NCBI GenBank assembly: GCA_900088475.1 | Contig: FLMG01004558.1 | Coordinates: forward strand, 1-42,842 | Direction: 5' to 3' | Length of the DNA: 42,842 nt | Source: Hyphochytrium catenoides | Lineage: Eukaryota; Protista; Hyphochytriomycota | The notes under the pieces: model-generated | Told to the model about the DNA's origin: nothing | The model's database searches: none | The model's input: only the letters and a program-made list of their open reading frames with translations | Position numbers and translations under genes: made by a program | Part shown: in pieces, positions 34,996-42,842 of the stretch | How positions within the stretch are numbered: the first letter of the stretch is position 1 | Layout: each line of letters begins with the position of its first letter

Positions 34996-37900
34996 ACTCC
35001 CTTCAGCGCACTCCGATGTTTGATCAAAGACGAAAGAGACGGCGACGAGAGGGTTGCTATGTTTGAGAAGAAAAGCCCTTCCCGCTTGCCTTCTGAGAAG
35101 GCGAGTCACCTGACACTACGTTCTATTGGTAGATGTCAGATCATAGGGTACAGTTGCTTTATGGCTATCACCCTCCTGTTGTCTGGAGTCCCGTCACTCA
35201 GCAAGGATTGAGCCTAACCTACTATAAGGCCAAGAGACTCTGCGAAGCTCTGTACAGGTAAATAGGTTGCTGCAGGCGCAGACAATGTCATCTGGCCATC
35301 TGGTCATCGGCCATTGGCGTCTCTCAGCAACAACTCCGCCTTTACTACGAGCTCGCTCACTATGTCTTCCTGGTTTCTCTTGTCGATCCAATGTAATTGC
35401 CAAGCAAGGGGCCAACTATGTGCGGAACAGCTGGCCATTTTACAACTATCGAACTTCTAAAGGACCAGATAGTGCGCACGTCACTCAACTCTTCGACATC
35501 TTTACTGCGCTTTTGATTTCCGGTAACTCAATGCTTGCGGGATGTGCGCACACTGCCGAGACTCTTAGGAGCTCCCACCCAGTTCAGTGAAGGTTTACAA
35601 GGGTCACGATTCACAGAGTTGATGTCCGTTGGCCCATCCGTCCTCCCACTTCTGCCATAGTTTTCGGACCTGAGACTTCTGTTGTGTGCGCCGCCGCCTC
35701 CATCTTTTCTGAGTGTTGAGAGACGAGGAGAAACTTTATGCTCCCGCAATTGAGAAAATGGACAGCACTGGAAAGCTTTCAGAAAAAAACAGAATAGTAT
35801 TCGGGATCAATGGAACTGTGAAAGCAGGAACAAATTGATGCTGGAAGAACTTATTATTGCAAACTTGAGAACTTTGTCAGTCCTGGGGGTTCAGAGGACG
35901 ACAGTATTTCTTCATTGCGTAGACTCCACTACAGCTGACATACTACACGCACAGCAAGGTCGCACCCGTGGAATGAGCCTGTAAGCTTGTGCTTTCTGCT
36001 TGAGGCTTTACCAAAAAAAAAATGGTATCTACAATAAAGCCGTACTTTGTGTCGTTGTGCTCATGTTGTGTTGTTGCCTCCTCTGTCCTCATCATCAAAG
36101 CAAACAACTGAATGGAACTTATCTTTGTTTCCTTTCTACGAGTAGTCGGTCATAATCTTTTTTAGCCGTCTCACTTTGTTAATAATTGCGCACAGCTTCT
36201 CTTCTCTTCATTATGATGATCCATCAGGTTCCTGAGCTAATAATAACCCTTCGTTCATTATTGTCATTCCATAATTATCATCCTCACCTCCTCCTTTATC
36301 TTCATCCAAGTGTAGATCAAGACACCACCACCACCAACCAAGCCGAAGGACCCCGCAATAAGGAAGAAGAAGAAAAAGAGAAGAAGAGTGATGAGAAAGA
36401 AGAGGAAAAAGACTGCTGAGAATTTTTGACATACATGATGAATGAAAAGAACGTTCCAGACGATTGAAGATGACCTACTACTATTTTGAGGTCGAAGCGA
36501 GACATCAAGTCAATGCTTACTAATTTATCTCTCATCTCTCCACAAGAAGGAAGCAGCCACAGTGAGACATTATTGGATGGCATCCGTCCTCAGAAAGAAA
36601 GATACAGGGCCATAAATAAACAGCTAGCCCGAAGAAGAAGTCAAGCAGAAGAAGATATAAAAAATATCATCAACATCAGGGCAAGGAGGAGCGGAACAAA
36701 CACTATCATTTACTGTTCTATGATGAGTTGACTGGGCTTCTTTCTTCATTACTGTACTGCCTCGGTCGCTCGGCCAGCTTCTTCTGCATGATGGCATGAT
36801 GGCCAGCTCTTCAAAATCAACATAGACAGATTCCTAAAAGTGCTGATAAAGTTGGGCAATATAAATAAACTGGCAATAGACTGGCCACAACCCTTCCGTA
36901 GTTCGTTACGTACACGTACAACCGGCCCAATCTCGCTCGCCCATTGTAAACCCTCACTCACAGAAGAGAGCGATCTGGTAGTAGTTCTACGCTAGCCCAA
37001 GAAAAAGAAGACATGATGAAGAGCAGCTGCTGCTGTCTCATAGGGAACACTAGCATGAAGGTTTTATTAGGAGGNNNNNNNNNNNNNNNNNNNNNNNNNN
37101 NNNNNGTGATCCTTCTTCCCTCTATCTTCAGTGCGATCCGCCTCACTCTTTTCCTCTTCTTCAGTCCTCCTCCCGCTATCGCCATCGATCAATCACCAGG
37201 ATAATGCAAAGGATCCAGCAGCAACAGCACATGGTGGAGGAGGAGGAGGAGGCAGAGTGAACAAGTAGAGATGTTCTCAGTCAGGACCTCCCTCTTTGTT
37301 GGCTATGTCGTACCATCGTTCCTCCTCCGTCCGTCTTGTCGTCTCCCGGGCAGTGGTCCTCTTCTCTAATGTCATGGTTCTTCCATCATTATTACGAGGA
37401 TAATACATACGAGTAGAACCTCGGCCCGGTCAGTCACCAGTATGAGAAGATGAAGCAGAGTCCAAGTCTACCTACTTCCCCTTCTTCTTACTTCACATCC
37501 AACAAGCGCTTCTGCCTCTGCTTCTTTCTTACCATCTTACCTCTTTCCTCTCATCTTCCACCTCCATGTCTACCTCCACGATCCCTACACAGTGCTGTCT
37601 TAGAGGAAATAACCCTTACTAGCAAGGAGAGGAGAGGAGCAGGAAAGATGATGTTCCTCCATGATCCTGATCATAGCAGAAGAGGAGGACTGCCTCCTCC
37701 TTTCGCCCTCTCCAGAGGGAGAATCTCCAGTCGTCAGCAGGAGAATCGGTGCATTCTTATAAAAAATATCTCCAGTGGCTCGGCTGATCAGACTGCGCAG
37801 CAAGCAATCTCGTAGCACTGATGCGAGAACTAGCAGAAGAGGAAAGGGTTTAGAAGGGAGGTCAGAGAAGAAGGACCATGAGTAACCACTTCTTGTCCGA

Positions 37901-38313
37901 GCCTGCTTTCAAATCTTCGTGGTCGTCAACTAACTTGTTAGGTTGTGTCCTATACCCCTGGACTATTCTGAAGGGCTAATACTCCTTCCCTTGTCCTTCG
38001 CTTGCTGCTCTCGGAAGGGTCGCTCGAAGGATGATGGCCGCCCCCTGCCCCCAATAAAGATACCCTCTACCCTGCCCTTCTGCTTGTTCTTCAGTTTGTT
38101 GTTCCTGTGCATAGGAATAGCGGAAGAAACATTATATCCTCCGCCTTCTTTCAAGTAGGCTTCAGCGGTAGGCTTCACCTCTCTGTCGTCAGTTCTGGAG
38201 TCTCCCTTCATTTCTCTATTTCCAAAAAGCATCTTCAACGAGCAAGATAATAGCGCCAGCTTCATAGCTTCTGTCTAGTACTACTGCCGGACGATCCTAT
38301 TGCTGAAGGCGAA

Positions 38314-38964
38314 ATGGTGTGGCTCCACAGGCTCTCAGAGCTCCTCTTGGTCGCTTGTCTTGTGTCCAGCTCGCTAGCCAACCTTGATACCAGCGTACGG
38401 AGAGGAGGTCAGGAACGCTCTTCCTTTAATGATTGGCAGCGGCGTCAATTTACCCACGACAAGGCGCTTCGGGGTCAATCTCATGATGCCAACCCTGATG
38501 GGCTAGACTTAGGCGCCGTTGGTCAAGTAACTCTCTCTTCATCATTGACAAGCACGGAAGACACGCAGAGTTTACGTGGCCAAGATAGCGAAAAGGACAA
38601 GACTACCGGTCGTCACCCTTCTGCCACCAGCAAGAATTCTGATAAGAGTCCTAAGGTGAAGGATGCTTCGTCAGGAAAGTTTGACGATACCTCAGACAAC
38701 GTCGTCCACCCTGGAGACAGCAGAGGCCCCGCGGGGTCCACCAGTAAAAACCACATTCTACCTGGTCCGAAAACAACCCAAGCAGCACCAGGCACAAGGG
38801 ACCCGCAGCAGATTCCTAGTGGTAAAGACAAAGGAAGTTCCTCCGATCACCCCACACCACGCGGTCCATCCTCACAACAACCCACGAAGGGAGCGCAGGG
38901 TCACTCTACGGGTGGGCCGTCTGTGTCAGGAAGGCCATTCAATAAAGTCAATGGCTCAAAATAA
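38314..38964 (+). CDS. Secreted low-complexity protein (216 aa), paralogue of the downstream collagen-like gene
   Basis: Signal peptide MVWLHRLSELLLVACLVSSSLA, 'RR...KALRGQSHDANPDGLDL' and a second 'SLRGQ', then an S/G/P/K/T-rich tail with scattered Gly-X-Y. Confidence 0.75.
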   Translation: MVWLHRLSELLLVACLVSSSLANLDTSVRRGGQERSSFNDWQRRQFTHDKALRGQSHDANPDGLDLGAVGQVTLSSSLTSTEDTQSLRGQDSEKDKTTGRHPSATSKNSDKSPKVKDASSGKFDDTSDNVVHPGDSRGPAGSTSKNHILPGPKTTQAAPGTRDPQQIPSGKDKGSSSDHPTPRGPSSQQPTKGAQGHSTGGPSVSGRPFNKVNGSK

Positions 38965-39004
38965 AGGTTCTCCACCAAGGTAAGGGAATATGGGATATCA
39001 AAGC

Positions 39005-39400
39005 CTTTCCTCTGTCATCCTGTTGGTGAGAAACTATTGCCACGTTGAAGATGTCTTTTCTTAGTTTTCCCCCTCGTCTCTATTACTATCGAACCTCACA
39101 AGAACTAGTCTCAAAACCTCAAAGAGAAGCTATAGGCTGTCGCTAATCATAAAAAAGAAAGTAAAAGTTTGCAATGAGCGCCTCATTTTTTGAGCAGCCT
39201 AGCCAGGTCCGCCTCCTCTCAGCTGTCAATTTTGTTCATTATAAAATGGGTGCACCGAGAATGAGAAGAGAGAAGTTGTCGGCACTGAGTGCACTGCAGA
39301 AAAACATGGATGTGAATGTGAAACATCCTTTTGGGGAGATCATCAAGTCCATTGTGCTAATCCATAATGTGATATCACTGAGTTTCCCCCCAAGTCATCA
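39005..39400 (+). mobile_element. Possible decayed C-terminal Harbinger transposase fragment
   Basis: 'HPVGEKLLP...LFLVFP', 'FF..PSQVR', 'IKW' and 'EIIKSIVLIHN' echo GDxAYP..L..PF / LS..R / KW / II.A...LHN in order. Confidence 0.3.
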
Positions 39401-41530
39401 TCGACATCCGCCCCTCTTTAAGTCTTCTTCCTCCCAGTTTTACCTCTCTCTGTCTGACTTTCTCGATAAGTGATACTGTAGTCTTTTGCAGAAGAGCAGA
39501 ATGACAAGCCTGATGATGTAAATAAGAAAGCTGGTCAGCCCCGCACGGTGAAGCTAGGTATCTTTATTATTGCCAGCTCCTCTGCCCTGTTGCTAATAAC
39601 CGTTTTTTGAACAGGGGACAGCATGATGACAATGCTCGGCAGTACAAGGGCATCCAGATCAACGCCGACCTCTTTTTGTTGCCATTGGGACAGCAGCCTG
39701 TTAGCTGCGCTGTAATAATAGGACTCGAATGCTGTTGCGATGACGACGAGCTGGGCCTGACTGTTTGACCATCATCCCAGTCCACCAACCAGCTCGCTAG
39801 AAACGAAGATGTCGATAGCCAACTGAGAGCACAACGATCCCACACATGAGCATCAGTGGTGGCGGCTGGCACGTGGAACTGGATAGAGGGAAGCTGGATT
39901 TTCAAACAAAATGAGCCAGTAGCCGCATCGAGTGGCTCCCAGGCACAGAATGCCTGCGAAAGCGTGTCCTACCCAGCTTTTGTCAGCTACAAAGAGAAAA
40001 GGACGATAACCTGGTCGATTTCTGCTCGTCTTCATGTAAGGCTACCGCGTGCCGCAGGTGACTGCTGGTTTGGTCATCCTCCTGCTTCTTCTTCTACCTC
40101 TTCAGGATAATAGCAAAGCAAGCTTCTGCCCGAGAGAGCGAGACAGAATGAAGAGGGCGGGGGAGAGAGAGGCGGGGAAGAGGAAGAGGACAGGAGAGAG
40201 GGGAAGGGAGAGAGGAAGAGAGAGAGAGATAGGAAGGAGGAACGAACAACCTGGCCACTTCGATCTCGAAAGGGGGACAGGGCGGGCTGTCTCCTCAGGC
40301 GTTACGGACGCTTATAATACTTCAATTATTTCCTGAAGTATAATTTCCTCATTACATTGTATCAGGAAACCTAGAGAATGTTTCCATAGGAATATTCGTT
40401 GAGTGAACAGTCACTCATCACTTCAGAAACGAAAGAAGTGCACTTCCCTTTCCGCCCTGCCCGTGCCTTCCCTCTGTCTTTCTCCTCTTCTGTTCTCTCC
40501 TCTGTTGGTCTTCTCCCCTCCCCTGTCCCCCTCTTTTTGCGCTTCCTCAATCAGTTCAGCAGACGGAACCATCATCTCTCTCCTGGGCGTCCTCCATCAT
40601 CATCACCCTTACCTCACTCCCTTCATCATGAATTGCCTGGCATTAGGATCAACTACTACTTCCTTTGCACGCATCCATGGTCTCTGGTAGGAGCCGTACG
40701 ATGATACTTTAATGGGGTTGTTTGGGCTTGGCACGCCTGAACAGCCAACCCCTGGTGAATAACATAGGAGAGGAGAGGAGTTCAACTGCCTATTAGGTCT
40801 GTTCCTCCTCACCACCACTCTGTACGCTGTTGTGGTGGTAAATCACAAGCGAGCAACAACAGATCAAGACGGAGGAGAAGGGTAAGGAGCTGAGTCATTC
40901 AGAGTACTTGTACACGGCTAAAGAACCTATATGAGTGTTCGATCGCGTGCTCCTGCCTGATGAGAGAAGGGCCAAAAGCCTTCCTTGTTGGGGCTGCAAC
41001 AGCCAGCCAAATGACCTAGATAGGATTGGTAATTAGAAGGAAATGTCATCAGCATAGAACTATTATTCTTGTCCTCCTGTCGCCCAGTGGTACGCTACTC
41101 TTTTCAGGGAGGAAAAGGATGAGGGAAGGAAGAAATGAGGACTCTGCCAGTCTATCGTTCTCTCTTGTCCTTTTCACGAGATTCAAGCGATCTTGCCGTT
41201 GCTTAGGACAACAATCTCGTAGAAGACAGACACGCTTATAAAGAGCCAGCCTGCAAGAGGGTTGCCCTCCTCCCTCTCATTCATTTGTTCCTGTACAGTC
41301 AATGATCTATCACGGTTTGTGCTAGCTAGTTTGATGGAAGACTGAGCACTCCTCGAAAGGTCGCCCCCGCAATGCATTGATTGCCCCTTGTTACCCCGGT
41401 ACACGCCTCATGCCCCGACCTTTTTCCCTCTAACTCCGTCCAAGGGTTACTGCCTTTGATTAAGCTTCCAAGCATCTGGGACGGATCGAAAGAATAAGGG
41501 TCGGCCCGCTGCCTTTTATGAAAGTTTCAA

Positions 41531-41546
41531 TCACTTCATCATTTCT
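41531..41546 (+). promoter_or_regulatory. Possible INR/FPR-like core promoter
   Basis: TCACTTCATCATTTCT resembles the oomycete TCATTYYNCAWTTT initiator, about 120 nt upstream of the ATG at 41651. Confidence 0.25.
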
Positions 41547-41650
41547 GTGCAAGGGAGCACTCCCTCGCCAGATACCTGCCGCCGCTATCTTTCCCTTCTT
41601 CCCGTTTGCCACCACCTTCTTCTCCGACCGCATTGGTCGCTGAAGGAGCG

Positions 41651-42842
41651 ATGGTATGGCTCCAGAGGTTCGCGGACCTTCTCGTGGTCGCTGCTTTACT
41701 TTCCAGCCCTCTAGTTCATGTAGAGGCTACCGGACGGAGGGGACAACACTTGTTCTCTGAGCATCATCGTAGCCGCAAAGCGCTTCGAGGACATCATGAC
41801 GCACACAACAATCCCGCGTCGCTTGATGGCATGGAGCTGGTCGCAGGCCGAGCGGCCCTTTCGATCATCCCTGTTGAGCACCGATTAGAAAGGCCAGCAT
41901 TGAAAATCATCAAAAATGTCTATTATGACGATAACCCTGCCAAGAGTCCCAAAGATAACAACAACTATCCTGCAGAGTACTCATCTGGCAACAAGGATGA
42001 CAATAAGCATAAATACGGCTACCCCGGAGGACAGACCACCGAAGCTCCGAAGGGCTACGCTGGCCCTCCAGGTCCCCAAGGTCCTAAGGGAGATACCGGC
42101 AATCCAGGACCTAAAGGCCCAGCCGGAGAGAGGGGCCCACCAGGCCCTAAAGGAGATGATGGGTACAAAGGGGCGACCGGTCCAGCTGGCCCTGCAGGTC
42201 CTGAAGGCCCCAAGGGGCCTCCTGGTTCAAACGGCTACAAGGGTGAGACTGGTCCTCCAGGCGCCATAGGTCCTCAAGGGCCGAAGGGTGAGAACGGTTA
42301 CCCTGGTGCTACCGGCGCCGCAGGCCCTAAAGGAGATAACGGAGCCACTGGTCCTGCTGGACCTCAAGGCAAGAAAGGAGAGGACGGTAAGCCAGGTTTC
42401 CCTGGAGCTCCCGGAGAGAAGGGAGCCAAGGGAGACGTTGGACAGCAGGGACCTTCAGGACCTACGGGTCCGGCTGGTCCTGAAGGACAGAGAGGATATC
42501 CCGGAAGCCCGGGTCCCACAGGTCCTCCCGGTCTACCAGGTTCGGTAGGGCCGGCAGGACCACAGGGACCCAAGGGAGAGAAGGGCAACCAAGGAACTAC
42601 AGGCGGCGCTGGATCTCCAGGTGTGGACGGCAGTCCCGGATCTGCTGGTCCTCCAGGAGCAATCGGACCTCAAGGACCACAAGGTGAAAAAGGCTACCGC
42701 GGTGAGGCTGGACCTGCAGGTGCCAAGGGAGACACTGGAGCTACTGGGGCCCCTGGCCAGCCAGGACCCCAAGGGCCAGCAGGACAGAATGGGAGCCCTG
42801 GACTGAAGGGTGACAAGGGTGACAGCGGGGCGACGGGTCCTC
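41651..42842 (+). CDS. Secreted collagen-like protein, 3' partial (not in the ORF track)
   Basis: Open frame from ATG 41651: [26 protein letters not shown] (signal peptide), 'RR...[13 protein letters not shown]...DGMEL', then from 42053 87 complete uninterrupted Gly-X-Y triplets ([18 protein letters not shown] ... [11 protein letters not shown]) to the window end. Confidence 0.95.
   Translation, partial: MVWLQRFADLLVVAALLSSPLVHVEATGRRGQHLFSEHHRSRKALRGHHDAHNNPASLDGMELVAGRAALSIIPVEHRLERPALKIIKNVYYDDNPAKSPKDNNNYPAEYSSGNKDDNKHKYGYPGGQTTEAPKGYAGPPGPQGPKGDTGNPGPKGPAGERGPPGPKGDDGYKGATGPAGPAGPEGPKGPPGSNGYKGETGPPGAIGPQGPKGENGYPGATGAAGPKGDNGATGPAGPQGKKGEDGKPGFPGAPGEKGAKGDVGQQGPSGPTGPAGPEGQRGYPGSPGPTGPPGLPGSVGPAGPQGPKGEKGNQGTTGGAGSPGVDGSPGSAGPPGAIGPQGPQGEKGYRGEAGPAGAKGDTGATGAPGQPGPQGPAGQNGSPGLKGDKGDSGATGP

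Noticed and set aside
41916-42806. ORF-track proteins 41916-42269, 42288-42548, 42621-42806 and antisense ORFs
   Set aside because: Shadow frames of the Gly-X-Y collagen ORF.
1-42842. CRISPR arrays, rRNA, tRNA and prokaryotic operons
   Set aside because: None seen; the sequence is spliceosomal-intron-rich eukaryotic DNA.

Overview
Intron-rich eukaryotic genomic DNA with CT/GA microsatellites and two N gaps, most likely from a stramenopile with oomycete-like genes (inferred from the myosin tail, the secreted Cys-rich protein and the transposon types). Hand-spliced gene models in order: F-box protein (+), GPI transamidase subunit GAA1 (-), a Gemin8-like SMN-complex subunit (-) not visible in the ORF track, an unconventional myosin with 5 IQ motifs and an uncharacterised tail domain (+), a secreted Cys-rich GPI-anchored protein (-), an IS630/Tc1-like DNA-binding ORF lacking a DDE domain (+), a Mn-type CDF transporter (+), a globin with an N-myristoylation motif (-), decayed PIF/Harbinger remnants, a HIG1/Rcf2-like protein (+), a syntaxin (-), and two secreted paralogues sharing a signal peptide and a KALRG propeptide. 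The second paralogue carries at least 87 uninterrupted Gly-X-Y collagen triplets and runs off the window. Most notable: the collagen pair, the acylated globin, Gemin8, and at least four GC-AG introns. All family assignments come from motif recognition by eye; no database search was run.
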